This document shows positions 12,031 to 25,560 of a stretch of 64,000 nt of DNA, piece by piece. Made by a program: the position numbers and the translations under genes. This DNA comes from Octopus sinensis (Eukaryota). The notes below the pieces were generated by a model that saw nothing but the letters and a program-made list of their open reading frames with translations, did no database searches and had not been told where the DNA came from. The stretch is from assembly GCF_006345805.1 (NCBI RefSeq), contig NC_042999.1, positions 70,122,001-70,186,000 of the forward strand, given 5' to 3'. Within the stretch, counting starts at the first letter, position 1. Each line of letters starts with the position of its first letter.

Positions 12031-13589
12031 AGATTAAGAAGGGAAAATCAATCCATCCACACAGGAAAATAAATTCCTTAACCTCTTACAACTTAGACTG
12101 AACGCATATTAAGCTATGTCCCCCAAAATCAGTACCAACTTCCATCAAGAACTAAAATATAGCCGAAACAGAAAAACTGGTAATAATCCAAACTATACAC
12201 ATAACACTATACATTTAACTTAATGATAACATACACCAATCACAAAAAGGTTACTCACTGATAATATGTAAATATTATAATCTAAATTTAAATTATGAGG
12301 TAATATATAAACCCACTACATTGGGCCTACCTGTTATGAACAGGCAGCAACACACGCCAACATCACTTTATCCAGAAGATGAGACTGAAAACGACAGGAG
12401 ACGTTGATGATGAATTTAAGACTTTTGCTGTTCCAAATAAACTGCAAGGAACTCATGGAAAAATAAGAAAATATCTTGATAAAAAAGATTAGACAAGAGC
12501 GCAATTATTTGCAACACACTTGTATGTGTATGTATATCTATCTATCTATCTATATATATATATATATATTATATATATATATAATTATATTATATTGTTA
12601 TAATATAATATTATTATAATATTATTATTATTATATTGTTATTCTAATATTATTGTAATATTATTATTATAATATTGTTATTCTACCTATTATATACGTT
12701 TTTTTTAAATTATTTTTTGCAATTTACTTAATCATTGACATTTTATTGTTATTTTTATTTTAATCTTTCTATTATATGTAATTTTCTAGATGGTGTAATT
12801 TAATTGTTCATTTTGAATTGATAAAAGGTAGGGTTTTTTCTAATTTTATATATATATATTATATTGTGGGAAATTTGATTTAGTATTTCTAAATTGAATT
12901 TTTTTTTCGTTGTTAGTTTGGATTTTATTCCCTCAAATAATAATTATTATAGAGAGAGAGAAAGAGAGAGATAGAGAGAAAGGAGGAGAGATAGCTACAT
13001 ACATATACACACGTATATGCATATGTATTTTTGTGTGGGAGGCGTAAGTACTACATTTACTAAAAAAATAACAGAAACGGCCATGTACAAATCGGATCCC
13101 TTCATCAGTTGTCTGTTAGAAATCGTCCCGATTTCGACACCTAGGACAATATCGTTCATTCCATCAGTGCACACAACTTAGAATTGCAATGTTACTGCCG
13201 AGTGCTACGGAAAAGACTCAGAAAAATACAAAACGAAAGGAATTGAGAACGTACAAGGTCTTACGACCACAAACAATTATGATAAAATATGGTATGAGAA
13301 AGACAAGAGAGCAAAACGAATAGAGAAATATATATAAGCGGTCGTACGACTTGATAATTCTAAGACGAAAGAAATACGAAACGATGCGATAAAGAGATAA
13401 AAAGAAGTTTGTCTTTAGAAATAGGCGTTAATTAAGATAAAGGCATAGAGAAATATAGAATGCCTTACTGCAAGACTTCATTACAAAATATTATAAAAGG
13501 TGAGGAAATTTATTTTATTTTGCAAATTGTTGCACTTTGATAAGTTAAAAATCGATACACCTTTCGCGTCTGTTTTCTTTTGTTTTTCT

Positions 13590-13945
13590 TTTAAAAAGAA
13601 GGGTAAAGGCCCTCTTCGGTCATGCATGACCATGGGATTGCACCTAGAAAGTTCCTCTCCGAGGCACAATTCCGGGAAAGGTTGTTAATGGATGACCAGC
13701 GGTTGCCCATGCAAACCGGTCTCCCCTCTCCACGCCACCGATGTTATCCAAGGGAAAGGCAAAAGGGGCCGATACAGCTTGGCACTAGTGACGTCGCAAC
13801 ACTTTTCTACAGCTGAATGAACTGAAAAAACGTGAAATAAAGTGTCTTGCTCAAGAACACAACACACAGCCCGATCCGGGAATCGAACTCACACCCTCAT
13901 AATTGTGAACCCGATTTTCTAACCACTGAGCCATGCGCTTTCACA
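13590..13945 (-). mobile_element. tRNA-derived SINE, family C variant
   Basis: Minus strand reads gcgcatggctcagtggttag...gagttcgattcccgg, then gtgttcttgagcaagacact core and a long tail. Confidence 0.75.
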
Positions 13946-14254
13946 TTGTCTTCTTTATATTCTTGTATAAACAAAATCCTTTGATTTTTCTTTGCGAAGT
14001 TTAACTATAATTCAATGAAGTGCTGTAGTGGAAATAGCAAAGATTGTTGCTAGCAACATGTCACAATGGAATACAAACGTTTAATGTTTAGTTACGTAAC
14101 AGTGATACTATAGAGAACATTTAGAATACTGAATTTCGTTTTCGGAATGGTTTTTCGTAATTCTGAATTCCATGTTAGCCACGTTGTTAAACATTGAATT
14201 CTCATGTCAATCTAAAATAGTTACAAAGGTTTCTGATATAATTGTTCTCTAACA

Positions 14255-15140
14255 ACGGTCCCTCAATCAGTTTGTCCAACTGTTAGGAATAGATACCAGT
14301 TCAATATAGTTCAACCTCAAAGAACAGTCTACCAATTACTTCATCCAGGTGTCAGGAATGGGATCCGCGTCAATGTGGTTAGGCCTCGAATTACACTTTC
14401 TATCAATCAGAGTATCTAACGCCTAGAGATATGTACAAGATCAATATAGTTCAGACTCATACAACACTCCACTAATCAGCTCATCAAACTGTTAAAAATA
14501 CGAGGGTATGCTGAAAGTTCCTGGCTTTTAATGGTGCCACGAAAAGCCAGGCTGGAGGCCCAAACTTCCGAGTGCTTTTACAGGGCTTATAAAAATTGAA
14601 GGACTGCTGCAATGAATGTGTGAATCTGAGATGGGAATATGTTGAATAAAATCGTAATTAACTGATCCTCCTGTAATTTTCTTTTAGCCAAAGCCAGAAA
14701 CTTTTCAGTATCCCTTCGTAGGTACCTGATCGATATAGCTCAGCCTTAAAGCACAAACCACTAATCATTTCACCCAGCTGTCATGAATCGGTGCCAGATC
14801 AATGTAGTTCTGCCTCAGACTACACAGTTCACCAGTTAGTTCACCAGGCTGTCAAGAATAAATATACCATCAACGTGATTCAGTTTCAGACCATCTAGCT
14901 TTCAGAAATAGGTACCATATCAATGTAGTTCAGCGTGAAATTACAGCCAACAAATAGTTTTACCAAACTGCTAGAAGCGGGTAGCAGAGTGATGTAATTT
15001 AAACTCAGGCAACAATCTCTCAATGAGTTTTACTAGCTGTCAAGAAAAAGTGCCAGATCAACATGATTTAGTTTCATATCGCAGTTCACCAATCAGTTCA
15101 TCAGGCTGTCAAGAATATATACCTGATCAATATGAATTAA
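14255..15140 (+). repeat. Degenerate ~70-bp tandem repeat (about 9-10 units)
   Basis: Recurring caatcagttcatcaggctgtcaagaa..taccagatcaatgtagttcag motif. Confidence 0.75.
14501..14718. mobile_element. Mariner-type MITE
   Basis: ~27-bp imperfect TIRs (cgagggtatgctgaaagttcctggctt / aagccagaaacttttcagtatcccttcg) with TA on both sides. Confidence 0.85.
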
Positions 15141-15234
15141 TCTCACACACTGTCGATCGTCTCATTTTGTCTCTTTATCATAGCCCCAGATTCTACTTCT
15201 GATTTGCACGCTGCATATGTTTGTTGCTTTGCAG

Positions 15235-15288
15235 CAGCTAATTTGATGCTGAACTCGTTAAACATGGGGAATGGCCTAATGCTATCAG
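15235..15288 (+). CDS. Candidate 54-nt host exon
   Basis: Acceptor tgttgctttgcag|, donor cag|gtgaag, phase 1-1, reads ANLMLNSLNMGNGLMLS. Confidence 0.2.
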
Positions 15289-15799
15289 GTGAAGATCTTC
15301 TTCGAATTCGGGATGAAAAAAACTATAACATTTCAGTTTTCATCTGTCTTCTCGTTAGAGATTTTAACATATTAAACAATTTGTCTTATTTGTCTGCTAT
15401 ATAATGAATGCGCGATAGTAATTCAACGATAACCAAATATGGGCCATTTACTTGTGGCAACAGTATAATAAATAGTTTATTATAAACCGACCGATAGACC
15501 GTACTGATATTCATCCGGAAGCAGGTGCATTTTGATTATTAACAGACGCAACATTAGACCAGAGTGGCGGCAAAAGTACATACATTAGCCATAACAGATT
15601 TATGTAGAGAGTGTTTATAAGTGAGAAGGAGACAAATGAGACTGTGTGAAGTTTATTTGTGCTTTTGCGCTGAACATCACATGAAACTCACTTAATCTCT
15701 CTTCACATTTCTTCTCAGCAATAAATCTTAGCCCTTCACTTTATCTACAGAATCATTACTTACATAGGAACTGCTGAAGTGTGTGTGTGTGTGTGCGTA

Positions 15800-15833
<34 letters not shown>

Positions 15834-16289
15834 TGTATGTGTGTGTGTCTTTATGTCTGTGTCTAGTCCCTCCACCACCGCTTGACAACGTCCTCGTAAC
15901 TTAGTGGTTCGGCAAAAGAGACCGATTGTATAAAGTATTAGACTTCAAAACAATAAGTACTGGGGTCGATTCATTCGACTAAAAATTCTTCAAAGCAGTG
16001 CCCCAGCATGGCCGCAGCCTAATGACTGAACCATGTAACAGATAAAAGATAACATTTCGTTGATTAATATCACTCAGCAATAGTCTCTTCGGGGAAGTCC
16101 AGTAAAACCTGTGTTGAACAGAGATGCATACACGACTGCATACTAAAGACTTAATGCCAAATCGTCTCAAGATTAAAACGTCTCTGACGATTTGACATTA
16201 AATCTTGAATATTGTGCATTTTATTTTAGGCCATTTTATTTTAGAAATGCTACACACAAACAAACACACGCACATCCATGAACACAGAC

Positions 16290-17210
<921 letters not shown>

Positions 17211-18019
17211 AGAAGCAGACGAGAGAAAAAGAAAAGAGAGACAGAGATGTGTGATTATATGTTGAAAGAAACTATACTTATATTTTTACGCTTTATTCGT
17301 ACAGCTGAATCATAAGAAACTAACTGAAACCGAATCACTTAAAAATAAATAAAACATCTTTATGAATGATATAATCTTTGATTGAGCTATGTCTGGACAA
17401 ACAGCGGCAAAATCTGATATGGAACGTCTCTGAATGTAGATCTACTGGATCATGGCGTAAATGGAGCTGAACGAAACGAGCGATAGCTAGCTCAATGATC
17501 GATAAGCTAAGAATATCGACCAAATCTCTCTCAGATCACACCGGAAAGACGCACTGGATAATGTTGGCTTTGAGACGTTTAGTAAATAAGGGTTAACTAA
17601 TATGACTAAACAACAGCAAAAAACCTGCAAATTATAGAAACCATGCATACTTTTCTCACTATAAATAGAACATCACTGGTAATACACCCTTTACAAGTGG
17701 TTTTCTTGCATAAGACTCCACAGTAATTAATATTGTTTTAAGCTATTTACTGTAGAGAGAGGGGGAGAATCAAAATTCTAATTCTGAATGCAGGCCATGA
17801 ATTGTGCTGGTTATTTTTTTTTTCTTTATTTGTTTTAGTCGCTTGACTGCGGCCATGCCGGGGCACCGCCTTTAGTCGAACAAATGGACCCCAGGGCTTA
17901 TTCTTTTATAAGCCTGGTCTCTTTTGCCGAATCGCTTAGTTATGGGAACGCAAACACACCACCAGCGTCACTTGTCAAGCGATGGTGGCGAGAAAAACAT
18001 AGATACACAAACATATATT

Positions 18020-18082
<63 letters not shown>

Positions 18083-18166
18083 ATATATTCAAAATGTGAC
18101 CGCGTGTGTACCGTTGGCGATTTTTTTTCCTCTGCCTTCCCTTCTCTGGATCTTTCCTTTTCCTAT

Positions 18167-18201
18167 GTTTCTGACGAAGAGCTCTGCTCGAAACGGTAAA
18201 C
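18167..18201 (+). ncRNA. Minimal type I hammerhead-like motif with mutated cleavage triplet
   Basis: GUUU-CUGACGA-A-GAGC(UCU)GCUC-GAAAC-GGU-AAAC. Confidence 0.5.
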
Positions 18202-18304
18202 CCTCCTTCTTCCCTTCCTTCCTGAGCGTCCTAATACTATATTTGTTCCACGTCCTCGCGTTGTTGTGTTTTCTCTTTGTGTTTTCATGTTTGGATTAAC
18301 TTTG

Positions 18305-18335
<31 letters not shown>

Positions 18336-19118
18336 GGAGTTAACGCAGGTTTAAACAAGTATTTTTACTTTCGACACATGTTTCGAAAATTCCACTGATA
18401 CTGTGAGATTTTTGCTGCCCTGGTAACTATTTATTTATTTTTCCGTGTTAATTGTTAACAAGGTAAAAATACACTCATCTATTTATAATATATATATATA
18501 TATATACGACGGGCTTAATTCAGTTCTCCGTCTACCAAATCCACTCAGAAGGTTTTGGTCGGTCCGAGGCTATAGTAGTAAACACTTTCCCAAGGGGCCA
18601 CGCAGTGAGACTGAACTCGGAACCATGTGGTTGAGAAGCAAACTTCTTACCACACAGCCACGTCTAAAAGACAAAATTAGCTCAATCACTGACATCATTT
18701 ATATTATTTTAATAGCTTTGTTAGTATGAAGAAAACTTGCAACAAGTTACATTATTTTTCGACTTCTTCAACAAAGCATAGACTTCATCGTATATTTGTC
18801 AAAATAGAGATTAGGGAATTACTAAATAAATGTAGAAAATTGAAGCCAATTTTTTTTTTAAATATATAAATCACTGAGGTTAATTACGAAAATAAAACGT
18901 CACTTAACATAAAAACCATTAATTTAATGTTAATATATTTTAAGTCAAAAATCTTGTAGGAAACACTTATATGGAGAAAACATTATTTCTGATGCCTAAA
19001 CACGCCCTGCTGTTAATACATGAGATAACAGCAATTTATATACTTATACATACATACATACATACATACATACATACATACATACATACATACATACATA
19101 CAGACATACATACATATG

Positions 19119-19149
<31 letters not shown>

Positions 19150-19189
19150 ACACACATATCTACTTACATATATACATACATATATCTTT

Positions 19190-19235
<46 letters not shown>

Positions 19236-19246
19236 ACATACATGCG

Positions 19247-19322
<76 letters not shown>

Positions 19323-19324
19323 TA

Positions 19325-19387
19325 ATAAGGGCTTAGAAAGAAATTTTCTAGCCTGTAGGCTGAGAAAATTTCTTTCTAAGCCCTTAT
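19325..19387. repeat. 63-bp near-perfect palindrome
   Basis: ataagggcttagaaagaaattttct(c)agcct arms with a 2-nt centre. Confidence 0.9.
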
Positions 19388-20241
19388 AATTATACATATA
19401 ATTTCACCTTAATCGGTTCCCTTTTATATGCTGCCACTGATAAAACTTTTTAATACATATATAATATATATATATATCGTCTATCTGTCCGAATGTTTTA
19501 TTGTCCTCTATTGCGTATTTGTTCCATTTTATATAGTTATAAATCCATAACACTTGTGCTCACCTTATAATAGGTATGTATCTAAATTTTGTACGACTCT
19601 TGCTATATCTTTTAGTCCCACTCATATTTTCTTCCTCTTTTCTTTTTCTTGCTCCCCCCACTCTCTCTCTCTCTTTCTCTCACGCACATTCCTTATCCCT
19701 CTCTTTCTTTAACTCCCACTTTTTCCCCTTGTTTATCTCCCCTGTATCTTTCCATTGTCTCTGATTTTTTCTAATCCTTCAATCCCGCTGCCCCTCCCCT
19801 CTCTCCTCCTTCCACGTGACCAGTGTCCGGCCAGCCATGATCTTTCTTTCTTCGCCTGACTGCCGACCGCCAATACCTCTTATGTCCATCTCCTATATTC
19901 TTACCTTTAGGTTTTTACTTCATACACGCCAGATCAATTCGGTTCGTTCTCAGTCGAAAGACACTTGTTGTTATTTGTCTTTGTTGCCGTACGTATTTGC
20001 TAGCTTTCTTACAAAAACATCTAATGCTCTTAGCTTAGACTTTTTGGGAGGCAACCAGATCGAGCTGTCTCGAGTATAACTGCCCGAAACAGTAAGGACT
20101 TCTGGTAACATGACTGAAGAAAGAATGCCACGAATGACCCGTCTTTTTTTGCCTGTCCTAAGTGTAGTTTCTCCTGTCCGCCTTTGTTTCGTGTTTCTGT
20201 CCGAATGTTTTATTGTCCTCTATTGCGTTTTTTATTCCATT

Positions 20242-20319
<78 letters not shown>

Positions 20320-20475
20320 TTGTATACTGTCAACATAACGTGACAGTCCCGTAAGGGAATTACACCACCGATTTTAGCCCTAGGAAGCATCGACGCTTCC
20401 TGTCGGCTTTGACACATTTTCTGTGTCCTTATACTTGCGAAGGGGAGGCAAGCACCCCCACCAGCTAGGATTCAC

Positions 20476-20524
20476 TCCTGAGGACATGCATGTTTCTGGG
20501 TCTTAACCCGTCATCAGCCCAGGA
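20476..20524 (-). ncRNA. Type I hammerhead ribozyme candidate
   Basis: UCCUGGG-CUGAUGA-C-GGGU(UAAG)ACCC-A-GAAAC-AUGCAU-GUC-CUCAGGA; 7-bp stem I. Confidence 0.75.
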
Positions 20525-20644
20525 TAGTGAGACCTGCTGGTTGAGATGTCTGTCTAGCCTTCGCTAGACTAGTGAATAGATTTCACTGTAATTATATATA
20601 TTTGCGAAGGCTAGACAGACATCTCAACCAGCAGGTCTCACTAT

Positions 20645-20691
20645 CCTGGGCTGATGACGGGTTAAGACCCAGAAACATGCATGTCCTCAGG
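20645..20691 (+). ncRNA. Type I hammerhead ribozyme candidate
   Basis: CCUGGG-CUGAUGA-C-GGGU(UAAG)ACCC-A-GAAAC-AUGCAU-GUC-CUCAGG; predicted cleavage after 20685. Confidence 0.75.
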
Positions 20692-21394
20692 TGTGAATCC
20701 TAGCTGGTGAGGGTGCTTGCCTCCCCTTCGCAAGTATAAGGACATGTGTCAAAGCCGACAGGAAGCGTCGATGCTTCCTTGGGCTAAAATCGGTGGTGTA
20801 ATTCCCTTACGGGACTGTCACGTTTTATGTTCTGAGTTCAAAATCCGCCGATGTATGTATGTATCGGGCGGCTTTTAAGCTAGTATATATAGCTTTTAAG
20901 CAGCTGACCCCGAATGGGAAGATCTGCAAACAGATCTCTGACTCGTTTTGGAGAATTTGTTGCAATTGCTTCCTCCAGAGTCATATCCCAATGATTATCA
21001 TATTCGTCGCAACAAATCATATAAAAAAATTCACCAAAAACAATCGCAATAATGAAAACATAGAAATCCAAAATTTCAGAATTGCAGGTTCGGATTCGGC
21101 CCGGTATGTAGTTAATTTACTTATGGAGTTGGCCTAAAAATTGTTATCGTACAAAAAATTTGTTGCAAAAAGTCACGTAAAAAAAATTGCCGAAAATAAT
21201 CACAGTATTGAAAACTTCGGAGTCCAAAATTTCAGGATTGTTGGTCCGGATTCGGCCCAGAATGTTTTTAATTTACTCACGGAGTCAGCCTGATTCCAAA
21301 ATGGTATGACATGTTGGGCTACGGCCTCTAGGAGTAAAGTTGAAATGTGTGACACACTGATACACTGATATTCACATTTATTATATTATATTAA

Positions 21395-21790
21395 GGCGGC
21401 GAGCTGGCAGAAACGTTAGCGCGCCGGGCGAAATGCTCAGCGGTATTTCGTCTGCCGTTACGTTCTGAATTCAAATTCCGCCGAGGTCGACTTTGCCTTT
21501 CATCCTTTCGGGGTCGATTAAATAAGTACCAGTTACGCACTGGGGTCGATATAATCGACTTAATCCGTTTGTCTGTCTTTGTTTGTCCTCTCTGTGTTTA
21601 GCCCCTTGTGGGTAGTAAAGAAATAGGTATTTTGTCTGCCGTTAGGTTTTGAGTTCGTATTCCGCCGAGGTCGACTTTGCCTTTCATCTTTTTGGGGTTG
21701 ATAAAATAAGTACCAGTTACGTACTGGAGTCGATGTAATTGACTTAAACCCCTTACCCAAAATTTGAGGCCTTGTGCTTCCAGTAGAAAG
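21395..21790 (+). mobile_element. SINE family A, full copy plus headless second copy in tandem
   Basis: Tail ...aaagaaataggtatt runs directly into the internal ttgtctgccgtta segment. Confidence 0.8.
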
Positions 21791-22251
21791 GAGTTATTAA
21801 AGTTGAAAAAGTGTGACACACTGCCATTCACATTTATTATACTAGATATGTTTAATTTAGAGGAAACTTTATTTCAATTAAAGCGTACGTAACTAGTACT
21901 TAATTAATCGATCCTGAAAGGATGAAACGCAAAGTCGGCCTCGGCAGATTTTGAACTCAGAACGTAAAATAGACGAACAGGAAAAGTATATTGAATAAGA
22001 AAATGTTTGGAGTATTTTATAATGGAAAGAAGTAAAACACAAAGTTCTCAAGCCATCTTCTTGTGTGTGTGTGTGTGTGTGTTTCAATATAAATGTACCC
22101 GTATGAAATTGCTGAGCCTTTTCTACCACATGCCCATTCTTTCTCTCTGTTTTGTCATTACTCCCACTGCCACCATCAACACTACTACTTTTAATAAAAC
22201 ATCATAAACTCTCCCTAAATTTCTTTGTCTCTCTTTCTCTTCCTCTCTTTT

Positions 22252-22290
<39 letters not shown>

Positions 22291-23254
22291 GTCTTCGCCA
22301 CCGCCCTCACCGTCTCTACGCCTACTTTTACTTTCACCCTATCATGAGGAATAGTAGGAGTGTCATTGAATAGTGATAGAGGGGGTCTAAGTGTGACACA
22401 CTGACACACAAATTAGTTTTCGCATTTACTATGATGTATGTATGTATGTATACTAAAACACTTTCAAAACTTAGTCATAATATAAACAAACGTTCACCTA
22501 GCTCTACATCTATCACCGCATTTGAAGCTTATTTTATACTCAACTAGTTCAAGCCATATATTAAATCTAATGGGTACCACGGCTAACGAGTTAATAGCAA
22601 ACTAATCGTGATTTTCACGACACACATCAAAAACCCTCTTTCAACTTTTAAGTGGAAATGAATATTTTATATAAAATAACAAGATAATATAATGTTTTAT
22701 CTCCCCAATGCAAACACCTTCAACGCAATCCTTCTCTACTTAGGGGAATCAACTATATATTATACATAGGTAGATGTTATCGCCATTATAAACGGCATCA
22801 CTGTTACTCTTATTGCTCAATGATTTATGATTAACAGCACGTACAGCTGCAAAAAAACATTAATCTCACTCTCTTCATTTCTCTCCTTATTCTTCGCTTT
22901 CTCGCTCTCTCTCTCTCTCTCTTTCTCTCCCTCCCCCCCCTCTCTCTCTCTCTCTCTCTCAAGAAAACATTATCATCGTTGTTGTTGTTGTTGGTGGTGG
23001 TGGTGGTGGTGGTGGTGGTATTAAGGTAACGAGCTGGCAGAATCGTTAGCACTCCGGTCAAAATTCTTAGCGGCATTTCATCCGTCCTTTACATTCTGCG
23101 TTCAAATTCCGCCGAGGTCGACTTTGCTTTTCATCCTTTCGAGGTCGGTAAATTAAGTACCAGTCAAGGACTGGGGCTCGATATTATCGACTTACTCTTC
23201 CTCCAAAATTTCAGGCCGTGTGCCTTTAACAAAAAGAATTATTATTATTACCTC

Positions 23255-24175
23255 CTCCTTAGGGAAAACGGGGGTATTGTTTTTCAGTCGTATTTGTTTG
23301 TCCGTGGACAAGATCTCACAAGAACCGCTGAATGGATTCGAATGAAACTTTCAGGGATGTTTGGCCTTGTGACTGGCACGAACTGATTAGATTTTGGGAT
23401 TGATCCGGTGCCGGACAAAGATTCTGAATTATTTTTCCTGTTTTTATACTTCGTTTTTGAGAGCAGTCGGGTTCATTTTTAGTATTCTCGTTTGTGAGAG
23501 CAGTCGAGTTTATTTCAGATATTCTCATTTTAAAAATCATCTCTGGCTAATCATTGAGAGGACGTTGGTGTTGCCTTGGTGGAGGTTTGCGCTCTCTGAG
23601 TGCTCTTGTCATTATTATTATTGAGTGAGAGACCAGTGCATGCCATCAAAGTGAGACTGGGGTAAAATAGATGAAGCCCAGTATACCCATCATGACTACC
23701 CGTTTGATAAGGGTACACCAGGCACAACCATATGTGCACGTCATGGTGATCTCATATTAAGATTATCAGCGTATGACCTTGCAGGTGCAGCCTAGTTAGG
23801 ATTTTCTTCGGGTTGAGTAGCCCATTCCACTCAAAAGGTCTCTGAAGAAGGGTTGTTTAAGGGTGTTGAACGAACCACCCATGTTTCCTGAGGTGAATTA
23901 TCCAAACCCCAAAGAATTCCTCTCAACACATGACTATGATGCTCCCCTCACTACTTCTGCTCGTGACCAGAGATGCACATATCATCAGCCACTAAGGGAC
24001 ATGCTCAACTGGTTATGGCCAAACGACTGACAAACAATTCTGTGATATTGAGCTAATATTTGCTGTAGCTCATCTTTTATACCAAGACAAAACAATGTAC
24101 ATGATAACACTTCCAATCAGTTAAGATCAAAAGCCATGAGAGCCACTGTCTGGTACTGCATCAATGGCATAGGGC
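23255..24175. mobile_element. Composite repeat: DNA-element-like segment (23255-23600) joined through (ATT)n to a ~550-bp interspersed element
   Basis: The ~550-bp part recurs at 26275-26475 and 38140-38390, always next to (ATT)n. Confidence 0.65.
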
Positions 24176-24579
24176 TATTATTATTATTATTATTTCAATT
24201 TTGTTTCTATTTCTTGCTAGGTGTCTTTTCGACACCTATGGCAAACAAATTCACTGTATACATTTGTTGGCCTTTGAAATAAACACATCCGTTTGTTCAT
24301 TTACAAAGTCAAGATGTGGTAGAAAAAAGGGGGAAAGGGCAAACAAAAATAATTAAAAAAATAGAAAAAATGAAAATAAGCGAAAAAGAAAAAGAGCGAC
24401 AATGCTCTTCTCAATACGTGTGACGTATCAGTTAAAACAATCCTTTGCACTTCTTGTGTGGATGGTCAGCCAGGAATCATTCTCAAATAATTTTTAGTTC
24501 CTTTTTTCATCATTCCAAGTGCTCCTACAATCAATGGTGTTGTAACCGTTACGAGATTCCACATCTCAAGAAAGTTACA

Positions 24580-24599
24580 TTAATTATTATTATTATTAT

Positions 24600-24644
<45 letters not shown>

Positions 24645-24647
24645 CAC

Positions 24648-24718
<71 letters not shown>

Positions 24719-24728
24719 TTATTATTAT
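24580..24728. repeat. (ATT)n/(ACT)n compound microsatellite
   Basis: Direct reading. Confidence 0.95.
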
Positions 24729-25249
24729 ATAAGGCTTGCACTGCGAGGTATTCTCTTCATCACTTATTGAACCTATTTCGGAACCTTTCTTACTGTACCG
24801 CTTCTGCCAATACTCTCGAGCAACACTGATACTAGCAAGGAATGTCCAAGCTCTAAAACCTTACGACGTAGGCCACGTGTTTTCCATCTTGTTAGTCATT
24901 TACCCATGCAATTACCTTTCCAAACCAAATGCAACTGTAACCATCAAATGATTATATTGTTATGCAATTCATTCAGGGCTTGTTCTTCACTTTCGGCAGT
25001 AAACTTTCTCTCCTTTGCATCAGCAATACCCATGATGATATGTTCTATACTTTTCTTTCCAGTTCGCAAATACTACTCTGCTTCTTCTCATCTTCTGCCT
25101 ATATCGAATGCCGACCAGATTGTGTATCTCATCTCATCTCTATTGGACATACTGTGTAAAACTCAGTAAGCCTTTCCTAGTCCAAGCATTTCCTTTTGTG
25201 AACAAACTCCATAGTGCCTTCTTAAGGAACTCCACAATCAGGACGTTTT

Positions 25250-25560
25250 TGTCCACGTAACACTGGGATGTTGCTTCGTTATTACAGTATGGCTTGGTAG
25301 CACGAAAGCTTTCCCTAAATCCACCAGGAATTTCAACCGTGTTTCGTGGTCTGCTACCACAACAGCTCCTTTATAGGATCCAGTTAGCTCAAGGCATCAT
25401 CAGGAAGAACCACGTCCGGTTTCGGCCCCTACTCCTCTACCGTTTTGACGTGGCGGGAGCCCGCCCCCACTTTCGGGGGTGTATTCAGCTCTGGTGTTGA
25501 GTGCATGTCTTCTTTCTTCGGTTCCCTGGCCTCTTCGATGTAGCGTCCAACGAGTGTCAG
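25250..25560 (-). pseudogene. Possible Gypsy/Ty3 gag-protease remnant
   Basis: Minus strand reads VVADHETRLKFLVDLGKAFVLP, resembling the retropepsin FLVDTG motif; heavily decayed. Confidence 0.4.

Larger units (their letters stand above)
20332..20831. repeat. Inverted repeat, ~230-bp arms (20332-20564 and 20604-20831) with a 39-bp spacer
   Basis: Arms are reverse complements apart from a few substitutions and one 7-bp indel. Confidence 0.97.

Noticed and set aside
14255-15140. CRISPR-like appearance of the spaced repeats
   Set aside because: Eukaryotic context, and whole units are degenerate rather than identical repeats with unique spacers.
16143-16210. ~21-bp imperfect inverted repeat
   Set aside because: Short, with mismatches and no further supporting structure.
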